The translations under genes were made by a program, and so were the position numbers. Shown one piece after another: positions 7,255 through 16,848 of a DNA stretch of 38,822 nt. Every line of letters begins with the position of its first letter. The first letter of the stretch is position 1. The notes beneath the pieces were generated by a model. It did not search any database. It was given only the letters and a program-made list of their open reading frames with translations, and had not been told where the DNA came from. This DNA comes from a virus. Lineage: Duplodnaviria; Caudoviricetes. The stretch is taken from positions 1 to 38,822 of the IMG/VR virus record IMGVR_UViG_3300032328_000411; one strand, written 5' to 3'.

Positions 7255-7516
7255 CCCCAACGAACTATGCAGTCAAGAGGAAATCGAAGAGTACCTGCGG
7301 CTCGACACCGCATTCCGGACGGTATGCGCGTCGTTCTGCCTGCTGTATCAGGAGCTCGCGCAGCAAGAGGGCGATCTGCTGGACAAGGAGCAGCGGCTCA
7401 TCCTGAACCTAACTGCGGACTTACAGCACAAGGGAAAAACATTGATGCGGCTCTCAAGCAGTTTGCAGCGAGATGCGGCATCGCACTTGGCGGAATTGAA
7501 AAGGGAGGTGGTGTGA
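7223..7516 (+). CDS. hypothetical helical protein
   Basis: GGAGG upstream of GTG; overlaps both neighbours. Confidence 0.55.
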   Translation: MFAVHQETQFDPNELCSQEEIEEYLRLDTAFRTVCASFCLLYQELAQQEGDLLDKEQRLILNLTADLQHKGKTLMRLSSSLQRDAASHLAELKREVV

Positions 7517-7677
7517 GTAACTCAGCCCTTGTTCCGTATGAGGAGGTCGTGCGTTTGTATCGCGAACGCACCGGCGAAAAGATCAGCACGGCAAGCGCCA
7601 GGGACGCCGTAATCAAGGCACTGTGGAAGTTGCGGGCCGTGATTTTTGCTCAAGACCAGCAGGGTGGTGGTGCATGA
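7513..7677 (+). CDS. 54-aa sigma70 region 4-like HTH protein
   Basis: GGAGG RBS and GTGA overlap; YEEVVRLYRERTGEKISTASARDAVIKALWKLR fits the YxEIA..IS..xVR..xxALxKLR pattern. Confidence 0.55.
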   Translation: MSNSALVPYEEVVRLYRERTGEKISTASARDAVIKALWKLRAVIFAQDQQGGGA

Positions 7678-9317
7678 ACCTTCGCCCCTACCAAATGCAG
7701 GCGGTGGACGAGTGCACCACTGCGTTGCAGGCGCATCGAAGCGCCTTGCTGGTGCTTCCAACGGGAACCGGCAAGACGGTGGTGTTTAGCCATCTTGCAC
7801 AGCGCCAGGCTGGACGCACCCTGATCCTCGCTCATCGCCAAGAGCTCGTCGAGCAGGCTGCGGCGAAAGTGATGGCAATCACCGGATCTGATGCGGCGAT
7901 TGAGATGGGAGACCGCTACAGCAACGAACAAAGCGCGTGGGGTTCGGCGCGGGTGGTCGTCGCAAGCGTGCAGTCGATGGTGTCTGGATTCAGCGGCAAG
8001 CGTCGGATGCACAGGTTCTGCCCAGACGAGTTCAGCCTGGTGGTAATCGATGAGGCCCATCATGCTTCGGCATCGAGCTACCGCAGCGTGGTGAACTACT
8101 TCACGCAATGGCCGCATGTTCAAGTACTTGGGGTGACGGCAACGCCAGATCGAGCGGACAAGCAGGGTCTTGGCGCGGTGTTCAACAAGATTGCGTTCCA
8201 GTACGGGGTGCTCGATGCGATCAACGACGGCTGGCTGGTGCCTGTCCATCAGCGGTTGGTGCAGGTGCAGTCGCTTGACTTCAGCGAGGTCCGCACTCGC
8301 GGCGGCGACTTTGTGGACGCTGATCTCGCCAAGGTCATGCAGTACGAGAAGGTGCTGCACGGTGTCGTGAGCCCGGCTCAGGAGTTGACCGCCGGCAAGC
8401 GGACGCTGGTGTTCGCGGCCAGCGTGGACCACGCCAGGCGGATGGCCGAAATGTGGAACCGCTACGAGCCCGGGTGTGCCCGAAGCATTGACGGTTCTAT
8501 TCCGAAGGACGAGCGGCGGCAGATCCTTACGGCATACGCGCGCGGCGACTTCCGCGTTCTTACGAGCTGCATGGTTCTGACTGAGGGATGGGATTGCCCA
8601 AACGTCGAGGCCATCGTGATGGCACGACCAACCAAGAGCCGTGCCTTATACGCCCAAATGTTGGGTCGAGGCACACGGCCATTGCCAGATCTGGTCGATG
8701 GCGTTTATTCACCGTCGGCCCGTTGTGAGGCGATTGCAGCAAGTCAGAAGCCGGATGTGCGGGTAATCGATTTCACTGGAAATGCGACCAAGCACAAGTT
8801 GGTCTGTGCCATTGATGTTCTCCACGGTGATGCCGACGAGGAGGTGCTGGAGATTGCTCGTCGGAAGGCAACCTCAGGACGAGTCGTTCAAGAGGCTGTT
8901 GATGAGGCCGAGCAGGAGATTCTGGACAAGCGCGAGGCGGCACGGCGTGAGCAGGAGGCGCGTCGTGCCGCTCTCCGCGCGAAGGCGCAGTACATGACGA
9001 AGGACATCGATCCATTCGGCGCGGCTGGCATCGTGGCTCCGCGTGATGTTGCGATGGATCGCACGCGCGAAATCAGTGACGGGATGCGTAAAGTGCTGAT
9101 TAGCGGTGGGGTCAACCCAGAAACACTTACGTTCACGGCAGCCAAGAAGCTGTGCAGTGACATCGTGCGTAGGTGGAAGGGCGGCTATTGCTCTCTCAAA
9201 CAGGCGCACTATCTGCATGGTTTTGGCTTCACGCCTGACCAGACCCGCGACATGACGAGGGCGCAGGCAAATCAGATTCTTACTGCGAAGTGGGGACGAG
9301 GAAAGAGTGTTGCATGA
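7674..9317 (+). CDS. superfamily 2 DExH helicase (UvsW/RadD/Irc3-like)
   Basis: LRPYQ Q-motif, LPTGTGKT, IDEAHH, GVTATP, VLTEGWDCP, ARPTKS..QMLGRGTR. Confidence 0.95.
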   Translation: MNLRPYQMQAVDECTTALQAHRSALLVLPTGTGKTVVFSHLAQRQAGRTLILAHRQELVEQAAAKVMAITGSDAAIEMGDRYSNEQSAWGSARVVVASVQSMVSGFSGKRRMHRFCPDEFSLVVIDEAHHASASSYRSVVNYFTQWPHVQVLGVTATPDRADKQGLGAVFNKIAFQYGVLDAINDGWLVPVHQRLVQVQSLDFSEVRTRGGDFVDADLAKVMQYEKVLHGVVSPAQELTAGKRTLVFAASVDHARRMAEMWNRYEPGCARSIDGSIPKDERRQILTAYARGDFRVLTSCMVLTEGWDCPNVEAIVMARPTKSRALYAQMLGRGTRPLPDLVDGVYSPSARCEAIAASQKPDVRVIDFTGNATKHKLVCAIDVLHGDADEEVLEIARRKATSGRVVQEAVDEAEQEILDKREAARREQEARRAALRAKAQYMTKDIDPFGAAGIVAPRDVAMDRTREISDGMRKVLISGGVNPETLTFTAAKKLCSDIVRRWKGGYCSLKQAHYLHGFGFTPDQTRDMTRAQANQILTAKWGRGKSVA

Positions 9318-9568
9318 CGATGCCAGACGAGCGAACACGGGCTGTTTGGTACACGCGGGACTTCCTTGTTGCGCTTGCAACGCCATCGGCGTCCGGCGGA
9401 TTCAAGGGCGTTCCGCAAGGTGTGCGCGATCAGGCGTATCGATTGTTGCGGCACTTCCCGACGCCCAACGACCTGCGTGGCTGCGTTTCATTCAACGAGG
9501 ATGTGATCGACCAGTACTGCTGGGGGCAGAGCAAGCTATGGAATCCACCGCCTGGGAGCACCAGGTGA
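9314..9568 (+). CDS. BPSL0761-family small protein
   Basis: MTMPDERTRAV..RDFL..VP..VRDQA..LLRHFP..DL signature; ATGA overlap. Confidence 0.7.
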   Translation: MTMPDERTRAVWYTRDFLVALATPSASGGFKGVPQGVRDQAYRLLRHFPTPNDLRGCVSFNEDVIDQYCWGQSKLWNPPPGSTR

Positions 9569-9903
9569 CAAATCCTCAACCATCAGACCCAACGGACGAC
9601 GAATTGTCACGGTTGCGAGCGAAACTTGATCGGATCATGGAAGGATTTGAGGGGACGTGCATGACTTGCGAGCCGGTCGGCGTTCGCAATCAGCAGTTGG
9701 AGGGAATGCTCAAGGTCATGCAGGAGCAGGTGGAGCACTATGTGCAGGAGCGCGATGAGGCAAGGCGTTCTTTGTGTGAATGCAGGGCAAGCGGCGGTTT
9801 CGATTCTCATGATGGAGATTGGTTTGCAGACGATGGGCGCCGCACTCTTGCTCGTTTAGACGCCGCAGAGCGCGGCTGGGACTGCTTCAAGGAGACGCCA
9901 TGA
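9565..9903 (+). CDS. hypothetical protein with CxxC and coiled coil
   Basis: GGGAG RBS and GTGA overlap; CMTCE; QERDEARR motif common in small phage proteins. Confidence 0.6.
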   Translation: MTNPQPSDPTDDELSRLRAKLDRIMEGFEGTCMTCEPVGVRNQQLEGMLKVMQEQVEHYVQERDEARRSLCECRASGGFDSHDGDWFADDGRRTLARLDAAERGWDCFKETP

Positions 9904-10778
9904 ACCGCAATGCCAGGTGGATTAGGTGCGGAAGAAAGCAGGCATGTCCGATCTGCGGAAAGAAAGACTGGTGCTGCTACCTAGATACCGGCGAGGTGTT
10001 TTGGTGCATGAGGATCAGCTCCGGTGAGGTGCCCGGATTCAAGCGCGGTCGCACGCATGAGACGGCAGGGGGGACTTCGTGGTGGCCGATGATTGAGCCA
10101 CCAGTCGTTGCGGTTCTGGAGCCACGGCCAGACACGCGGCCGTCCAAGATCGCGTGGGAAGAGATCCATGAGGAGTGCCGATCTGCGTTGACCGACGATC
10201 AGTTGTCCGAGGCGATTTCCAGCATCGGCGTCGGCATCGACACGCTTGACGCATTTGGCATCGGGTGGAGTCGCCACTGGCGCGCGTGGACATTCCCGAT
10301 GCGAGATCCAGTCACCGAGAAGATCGTTGGCATCAGGACGCGAACCAAGGACGGTCGCAAGTTTGCGCTCACTGGCAGCAGGCAGGGGTACTTCCTGCCC
10401 ACAAAGATGAAGCGTGATCGGCTGGTGTATGTCGTTGAGGGACCAACGGACGCGGCAGCAATGCGGTCGCTCGGACTTGAGGTGGTTGGTCGAGCGTCCT
10501 GTCTGCATCAAAGCCGCGAGCTTAGAGAACGATTCAGGGGCAGACGGGTTGTTGTGATTGCAGACAACGATGCTGTGGGAATCGCTGGTGCAAACAAGCT
10601 CGCCACATACCTGGAGGGATTCTCTGCTGCATGGGTTATTCGGCCACCGGATGGGGTCAAGGATGCGCGTGAGTGGATTACCGCTGGAGGCAAGCGCGGT
10701 GATATCGAATCAATCGCATGGGAGGCAATTCATGGCTTGGGGCAAGGTCAACAAATACAACGTAGCGCCGGCGAGTGA
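9900..10778 (+). CDS. stand-alone primase (Zn ribbon plus TOPRIM), no helicase domain
   Basis: CPICGKKDWC..WCMR; FPMRD..IVGIRTR; VVEGPTDAAA; VIADND..G; VKDAREW. Confidence 0.85.
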   Translation: MNRNARWIRCGRKQACPICGKKDWCCYLDTGEVFWCMRISSGEVPGFKRGRTHETAGGTSWWPMIEPPVVAVLEPRPDTRPSKIAWEEIHEECRSALTDDQLSEAISSIGVGIDTLDAFGIGWSRHWRAWTFPMRDPVTEKIVGIRTRTKDGRKFALTGSRQGYFLPTKMKRDRLVYVVEGPTDAAAMRSLGLEVVGRASCLHQSRELRERFRGRRVVVIADNDAVGIAGANKLATYLEGFSAAWVIRPPDGVKDAREWITAGGKRGDIESIAWEAIHGLGQGQQIQRSAGE

Positions 10779-11103
10779 GCGGCTATTCCAGGGACGCACA
10801 TACGCAAGCAAAGCGGAGCGCCTGTACGCCGAGATTCTGTGGAATCGCCTGAAACAGAGGACGATCCAGCTGCTGATCGAACAGCCGACGCTGTGGCTCG
10901 GCGTTCCAGAGAACGTCTACCGGCCGGACTTTTTCGTGATGGTCAACGGTCAGTGCCAGTTCATTGATGTAAAGGGTGCGGAGACGCCAGCGTTTCGCAA
11001 GGTCAAGAAGCTGTGGGCTTCGTATGGGCAATGCCCGCTCCACATCATCAAGCGTAAGGGATCTCGATTTGATCTGGTCGAAGTGATCGGGGGTGCAGCA
11101 TGA
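10732..11103 (+). CDS. DUF1064-like PD-(D/E)XK endonuclease (probable Holliday junction resolvase)
   Basis: NKYN, YASKAE..Y, YRPDF, IDVKG.ETPAFR..KKL; GGAGG RBS. Confidence 0.8.
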   Translation: MAWGKVNKYNVAPASERLFQGRTYASKAERLYAEILWNRLKQRTIQLLIEQPTLWLGVPENVYRPDFFVMVNGQCQFIDVKGAETPAFRKVKKLWASYGQCPLHIIKRKGSRFDLVEVIGGAA

Positions 11104-11333
11104 CGAAGCCGTATGAGGTTGAGCGACATGACTTTGTGATGAACCGGATGCAGGGATTGATCTGCGAGTTGGAGAAGAGCATCGCTCGGGTGCAAGTTCT
11201 CTTTGCTGACGCAATGGATCGAAACCATGAGTTGCGCCTGGAACTGTCTGAGACGCAGTCAAAGTTGTTCAACACAGAGGCCCGCTTGAATCAGGTTCTG
11301 GAGGCGGTAGCCGCTTACGAGGCCCGCCAGTGA
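11100..11333 (+). CDS. small coiled-coil protein
   Basis: ATGA and GTGA overlaps on both sides; heptad pattern. Confidence 0.6.
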   Translation: MTKPYEVERHDFVMNRMQGLICELEKSIARVQVLFADAMDRNHELRLELSETQSKLFNTEARLNQVLEAVAAYEARQ

Positions 11334-13747
11334 AGGCAACCCTCCATGTTCCGCTACTGGCTGCAACCCAGATGGCGCGCGAGATCGAGTTGGAGCAGAT
11401 GGCTGCGGAAGAAGGCGCATCGCGATATGAGCGGATGTCTCAGCAAGCCATCGAGCGCGGAGAGGGCGCGCAGTTGCAGCCAGCAGAGCGGATGTGCGCT
11501 GCATGGTTTGATTCGTTGAAGGCGGACATCAGCAGCCTGAAGGCATCGATTTCACTCGGCAGGGCCGGGGCGGGTCGGCAGGTTTATGGTCCAGTCTTGG
11601 CGGCGGCTGACACGCGGGCGACAACGGCAATCGTCTTGCACGAAGCAATGAGCGCGGCGATGCAATCTCCGCGTGGTCTTCCGCTTGCGAAGGTTGCTTA
11701 CGCCATCGGTTCGAGTGTGGTGGCAGACATTCACTTGCGGGTAGCGAAAGAGCGCAAGGTAGATACCAAGGAGTTGGACAAGCACATTGAGCGTTACGCC
11801 AGGCGGATCCCACAGATGGTCAACCGCTGGGCCAAGAAGACGCTCGACGATCATGTCTGGAGCGTGCGTGTGTGTTCGATGCTCGGGTTTGCGCTGGCGT
11901 GGAAACTGGTTGGTGCGTGCCTGATTATCGATGACGACGACAAGCCGCACGCCGCGTTCTCAATCGAGAAGGTGGTGCGTGATAACCGCACGGTGAATCA
12001 TCTGATGCTGAAGCCTTGGACGCAGCAGTTGTTGGCTGACGCGCAGATGGTGCGTCGTGGGATGCGCCCGAGGTTTGGCCCGATGGTCGTTCCACCACTG
12101 CACTGGGGCCGGCGAAAGGATGGGGCGCTGGAGGAGGGTGGTCACTACCGACTGCGAACGCCGTTTGTGGTCAAGCCGAGCAGGAGCCTCCGCACTCGCC
12201 TTGAGTCGGCACAAATTGATGAGGTGTTCACCTCCCTCAATCACATTTCCAGCGTTGCCTGGCAAGTCGATCCGTTCATCAAAAGCGTTGTGAGTACTTT
12301 GCTTGAGCAAGGCGGTGGCGTTGCTGGGTTGCCAAGGTCGAACCCCATCGAGCTGACGCCAAGGCCCACGAACCCTGACGATCTGAAGGTATGGCGTCGG
12401 CAGGCGGCGAACATCCATGAGGCGAACAAGAAGGCGTTCAGTAGCCGCAACGACCTATTGCTGGCGCTAGCGACGGCGGATCTTCTGGAGAAAGAGTCGG
12501 CCATCTGGTTCCCACACCAGCTTGACTTCCGAGGCAGGGTGTATCCCGTGCCGCTGCACCTATCGCACATCGGAGAAGACCCTCGACGGGCCATGCTGCG
12601 ATTCGCGAAGGCTGTGCCTGTGCGAAACGACAGGTGGCTGAAGATTCATGCAGCCAACTGCTGGGGCAAGGACAAGGTGCCGTTTAGTGAGCGGATTGCA
12701 TGGGTCGAATCGCAGTATCGTGACATCGAGAGCTTCTCGTCTAACCCGTTTGTGCATGACGGCTGGATGGGTGCTGAGAACCCGTTTCAGTTCTTAGCCG
12801 CCTGCCGTGCGCTGTGTGATGGCAGGGCAGCAGCGCGCTTGCCAGTGCATCAGGATGGATCATGCAACGGGTATCAGCACCTGGCTGCGCTCGGTCGCGA
12901 CATCGTCGGCGGATCTGCCGTGAACCTGATTCCGGGTGATCGGCCGTCGGATATCTACGCGGCGGTGGCTGCCGTTGCGAAGGCCAAGGTCGAGGAGCTC
13001 GCGGCGGCCGGAGATCCGATTGCACGCACGCTGGCACCGCTGATCGACCGAAAGGTGGTCAAGCAGCCGGTGATGACTGTGCCCTACGGGGTAACTCGCG
13101 CCGGCGTCCGGGACCAGCTTGAGCCCCGCCTGATCGAGAAGGGCATTGAGAAGGGCAAGGCTGGACTGCACGCCCATTGGCTATCCAAGGTTGTCCTGGA
13201 GTCCATTGGCGACCAATCGCGTGGAGCAAGGGACATCATGCTCTGGCTGAAGGACGCGGTGCGCCTCATTCTCAAGAAGCACCCAAGCACGCCTATTGAC
13301 TGGACAAGTCCGATGGGGTTTCCGGTGATGCAACCATACTGGAACATCCGCAACTTGCAGATCAGTTGCGACGTCGGCAAGTGGGAGATTCGCATGGGTG
13401 TGCCGATGGAGGATGACAAGCAGCAGGTCGCATGGAACGTCAACGGCATCTCGCCGAACTTCATCCACTCGCTCGATGCGTGCCACATGATGATGACGGC
13501 AACAGCGATGATCGGAGATGGTCACGACTTCGCGGCCGTGCATGACTCGTTCTGGTCGCACGTTGAGCAAGCGCCGCTTCTCAGTCGCAAGCTGCGGGAA
13601 ACATTCGTTTCATTGCACCAGGTCGATCAGGTTGCTCGATTGCGGTCTCAGTGGATGTCTCGGTACGGGGTCGAACTTCCTGAGAGCCCCGCACACGGAA
13701 CGCTCGATGTATCGAAGGTGATCGACAGCGAGTACTTCTTCGCGTGA
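11330..13747 (+). CDS. T7-like single-subunit DNA-directed RNA polymerase (805 aa)
   Basis: PMVVPP.W, DFRGRVYP, WLKIHAAN, PFQFLA, motif A QDGSCNGYQH, motif B RKVVKQPVMTVPYG, PNFIHSLDA, motif C VHDSF, C-terminal YFFA. Confidence 0.98.
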   Translation: MKATLHVPLLAATQMAREIELEQMAAEEGASRYERMSQQAIERGEGAQLQPAERMCAAWFDSLKADISSLKASISLGRAGAGRQVYGPVLAAADTRATTAIVLHEAMSAAMQSPRGLPLAKVAYAIGSSVVADIHLRVAKERKVDTKELDKHIERYARRIPQMVNRWAKKTLDDHVWSVRVCSMLGFALAWKLVGACLIIDDDDKPHAAFSIEKVVRDNRTVNHLMLKPWTQQLLADAQMVRRGMRPRFGPMVVPPLHWGRRKDGALEEGGHYRLRTPFVVKPSRSLRTRLESAQIDEVFTSLNHISSVAWQVDPFIKSVVSTLLEQGGGVAGLPRSNPIELTPRPTNPDDLKVWRRQAANIHEANKKAFSSRNDLLLALATADLLEKESAIWFPHQLDFRGRVYPVPLHLSHIGEDPRRAMLRFAKAVPVRNDRWLKIHAANCWGKDKVPFSERIAWVESQYRDIESFSSNPFVHDGWMGAENPFQFLAACRALCDGRAAARLPVHQDGSCNGYQHLAALGRDIVGGSAVNLIPGDRPSDIYAAVAAVAKAKVEELAAAGDPIARTLAPLIDRKVVKQPVMTVPYGVTRAGVRDQLEPRLIEKGIEKGKAGLHAHWLSKVVLESIGDQSRGARDIMLWLKDAVRLILKKHPSTPIDWTSPMGFPVMQPYWNIRNLQISCDVGKWEIRMGVPMEDDKQQVAWNVNGISPNFIHSLDACHMMMTATAMIGDGHDFAAVHDSFWSHVEQAPLLSRKLRETFVSLHQVDQVARLRSQWMSRYGVELPESPAHGTLDVSKVIDSEYFFA

Positions 13748-13762
13748 CCGCTCCATGTGATA

Positions 13763-13978
13763 ATGAACGCATCACCCAATCGTTCTAACGGATACCCAGA
13801 GAGGCTGCCCGGAACCGTTCTCCAGTTGATCGAGGAGCTTGACCGGGCCATTCCAAACGTCGTGGTATCCGGCCCAATCTCGGCTGGCGATGTGCAGCCC
13901 TTGAACTTCGCGGCTGGACAGCGCAGTGTGGTTGAATCGCTGATCGTGCTGGCTCGCAAGGAGGGTCACATCCAGTGA
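13763..13978 (+). CDS. T7 gp6.5-like small protein
   Basis: LIEELDRAIP..AGQRSVVESL pattern and position before the head genes; alternative GTG start at 13757. Confidence 0.6.
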   Translation: MNASPNRSNGYPERLPGTVLQLIEELDRAIPNVVVSGPISAGDVQPLNFAAGQRSVVESLIVLARKEGHIQ

Positions 13979-14445
13979 GTGGATTCCAAATGCCGGATCT
14001 GACGCGCGACAAGATGCTGTCGCCAGACTTCTACCGCAGCGTCTCCACAGGTCTGACGCAGTCCGCTGCCGACCTACGCAAGCGATATGTCCCGTTCCAG
14101 GAGACATACACCGAACCTCACCACACGTTCTTCGGGTCGATGTTTGGCAAGAAAACCACTAGAACTCGCACGGCGTACCCGGCCGGTTACATGCAGGCAA
14201 TGAATGACGCGACGATGTTCGAGAATCAGGCGACGTACTACAAGTCGCTGGCTGATTACATCGAAAAGAATCCTGTCACAGATACCGATCCGACGCCTGA
14301 AGAACTGGCTGCTCTTGATCCAAACGGACCAGACGTCAGTCGCAGCACCTTGACCATCGCAATGCCGAGCACTCAGGACCAATCTCCAACGATCAATCCA
14401 GCGATGGCCGGAGCTCCAGGTCTCCGTATCCCGTATGGCACTTAG
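13975..14445 (+). CDS. putative virion protein (gp6.7/gp7.3 position)
   Basis: GGAGG RBS and GTGA overlap; C-terminal SRSTLTI..GLRIP like small pre-portal virion proteins. Confidence 0.5.
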   Translation: MSGFQMPDLTRDKMLSPDFYRSVSTGLTQSAADLRKRYVPFQETYTEPHHTFFGSMFGKKTTRTRTAYPAGYMQAMNDATMFENQATYYKSLADYIEKNPVTDTDPTPEELAALDPNGPDVSRSTLTIAMPSTQDQSPTINPAMAGAPGLRIPYGT

Positions 14446-15232
14446 GACAGTCCGAGTCCGGGCTCCGCAGATCAAGACGTTCGCAAACGTCGATCAAATA
14501 TCGAGCAACAACTATCGCTCGTACATTGACAGCACCGAAGGTTCAAGCTTGCAATCCGCTGCACTTGCGGCTTTGCAGATACCGGGCGGTCGAACAGTCG
14601 ATCAGGAAATCGAGCGTCTCAATTCGGTCGCTGCATCACAAAACAGCGCCTTGAACGATCCGTCTAGGCGCTCGTATCAGGTTTCGCCCTATGACGCGAC
14701 AATCAGCCGATATCGCACTGAGATGCTGAAGTCGGCCGCCGCGCAGATTGAACAACAGGCCAAGGCCATCGAGGCACGGATACCGCGTTTTGAGAGAACT
14801 TCGGGCAACCACTTCCGGCCCCTTGATCCAACAAAGAATCCGATGTACCAGCAGGTGCTCAATCTTCGGGCAACTGCCGCAGATCCAGCAAAGCTGGAAC
14901 CGTATGCAATGAAGCTGGGAGGCCGCGAGGTCGATGAATTGAATCGGCTCATGCCGCTCAAGCAGACTTGGGATTCGACCGCGAACGCCGGGATCACAAA
15001 GCCCATGTCCGAGCAGGAACGAACCGCCCTGCAACAGCAAATGGCTGATACCAAGAATCAGGTTGCTGGCGTAAATGCGGCGGCGGCTGACAGGCTGAAG
15101 AGCATTGCATCGCAGTTCAATCAGGGCGTGGCTGGTTCGGCGAGCGCGTTGCGTGATGAAAAGCGTCCGCTGGTGGGTCGATTTGGTACTCCGGAGACCG
15201 GCGTTGGCATCTCCATTGGAGGATTCCGCTGA
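14435..15232 (+). CDS. hypothetical helical protein, possibly virion-associated
   Basis: 265-aa ORF coupled to the portal gene (TGATG); Ala/Gln-rich. Confidence 0.6.
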   Translation: MALRTVRVRAPQIKTFANVDQISSNNYRSYIDSTEGSSLQSAALAALQIPGGRTVDQEIERLNSVAASQNSALNDPSRRSYQVSPYDATISRYRTEMLKSAAAQIEQQAKAIEARIPRFERTSGNHFRPLDPTKNPMYQQVLNLRATAADPAKLEPYAMKLGGREVDELNRLMPLKQTWDSTANAGITKPMSEQERTALQQQMADTKNQVAGVNAAAADRLKSIASQFNQGVAGSASALRDEKRPLVGRFGTPETGVGISIGGFR

Positions 15233-16848
15233 TGTCCGAAACTGCCTCCATCCACAGCATGTTCATGCGCGAGGATGCGAAAAGGTTCAACATCCTTGAA
15301 CGTGCGCGCCAGTGCGCGGCTCTGACAAGGCCGTGGATCCTGCCCGAGATCGGACAGGTTGAGGGCAACAAGATGCCCGAGACGTTCACCAGCATCCCAA
15401 GCCGAGGCATATCTAACCTCGAAGGCCGACTGCTGATGGCGCTGTACCCGCCAGGGACGTCGTTTTTCCGACTGCTTCCAGCCAGTCACATCCGGTTCAG
15501 CCAGAACGTCGATACCAAGCAGGTTCAGGCGTTCACGCAGGCGCTGTCGATTCAGGAGCTCCTGATGATGGCGCGCCTTGAATCAGCGGACATGGGCGCT
15601 GGCAGCAATCGCCGTCGCACCGGCTTCCGCAGTCGCAAGCGCCAGGCAATCACGCAGATTCTGGTGACTGGCGACGTGCTTGAGCAATTCACGGACGACT
15701 ACCGGCTTCGCGTCTTCCGTCGAGACCAGTACGTCACTTGCCGCGATTCGTCACAGGACGTGAAGTTTCACATCGTCAGCGAGAAGATCGACCCCGCAAT
15801 CCTGCCGCCAGAAATCATGTCCATCGCAGACATTGGCGCGGATGACATTGAACGAAGCTACGACGAGCGCGGCGTCGATCTTTACACCCGTTGCGCGTGG
15901 CAGCCGTATTCGCGCGTGTGGCTGGTGGAGCAAGAGATCAACAAGAAGATCATCAGGACGAGCGAGGAGCCAGTCACGCCGTACATGAGCACGCCGTTCG
16001 AGCTTGCCCCCGGCGAGGACTATGGTCGCGGCTTCATCGAGTCCAACCTTGGCGACGTGCGTACCCTGAACGAGCTGCATGAGCGCCTGCTTGATTTCGC
16101 CGGGATGTGCTCAAAGTTCGTGCCGTGCATCGACTACAACTCGCAGGTTCGTGCCAGCGACCTGGCGAAGCCCAGCGGCGAGGTCATTGAGGCCCGAGTG
16201 GCGGCAGGTGCGGTTCAGGACATCGCGTTCCTGAGCGTGAACAAGAGCAGTGACTTCCAGGTCGTGTACCAGACCGCAGTCGAGAAGCGACGAGACCTGG
16301 CCGTCGCCATGCTCATGGAGGCAGACGCCGCTCCAAAGGGCGAGCGCGTGACTGCATTCCAGATCCAGCGGATTGCCAGCGAGCTCGAAGGCGCACTGGG
16401 TGGAGTCTATGCCCCCATTGCAGACGCCCAACAGGTGCCACTCGTTGAGCGCCTGCTTTACCAGATGCAGCGCGATGCTCTGATCCCGTCCTTGCCTCGC
16501 AACAGCATGGATATTGAAGCCGTCACTGGCATCGCTGCACTCAGTCGCGAGGCAGATAAGGCCAAGCTGCTTCAGTTGGTTGCAACGGTTGCACAGTTCG
16601 GCCAGGAGATGACCAAGCGAATTGACCTTGGGGTGCTGTTCGACACGTTGCTGAGGCAGAGCGGCATCTTTGAGCCCGGCCTTATCAAGACGAACGACCA
16701 GGTTGCTGCCGAAGCGTCAGCGGCCATGCAGCAAGCCGTCGAAATGGAGGCTCAGAAGAAGCTCATCCAAGTCGGTGGAGATGTGATGACAAACGAACTT
16801 TCCCCGCAGGAGACAAGCAATGCAGGAACCGGAAACGCCGCCGCCTGA
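15232..16848 (+). CDS. portal / head-to-tail connector (T7 gp8-like)
   Basis: ARQCAALTRP, RGISNLEGRLLMALYPP..FFRL, GEDYGRG, ERVTAFQI..ASELEGALGGVY. Confidence 0.95.
   Translation: MSETASIHSMFMREDAKRFNILERARQCAALTRPWILPEIGQVEGNKMPETFTSIPSRGISNLEGRLLMALYPPGTSFFRLLPASHIRFSQNVDTKQVQAFTQALSIQELLMMARLESADMGAGSNRRRTGFRSRKRQAITQILVTGDVLEQFTDDYRLRVFRRDQYVTCRDSSQDVKFHIVSEKIDPAILPPEIMSIADIGADDIERSYDERGVDLYTRCAWQPYSRVWLVEQEINKKIIRTSEEPVTPYMSTPFELAPGEDYGRGFIESNLGDVRTLNELHERLLDFAGMCSKFVPCIDYNSQVRASDLAKPSGEVIEARVAAGAVQDIAFLSVNKSSDFQVVYQTAVEKRRDLAVAMLMEADAAPKGERVTAFQIQRIASELEGALGGVYAPIADAQQVPLVERLLYQMQRDALIPSLPRNSMDIEAVTGIAALSREADKAKLLQLVATVAQFGQEMTKRIDLGVLFDTLLRQSGIFEPGLIKTNDQVAAEASAAMQQAVEMEAQKKLIQVGGDVMTNELSPQETSNAGTGNAAA

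Noticed and set aside
13742-13753. GCGTGACCGCTC, similar to the repeats at 2194 and 2779, as a phage promoter
   Set aside because: All three include an Ala codon plus TGA stop, so the short similarity may be incidental.
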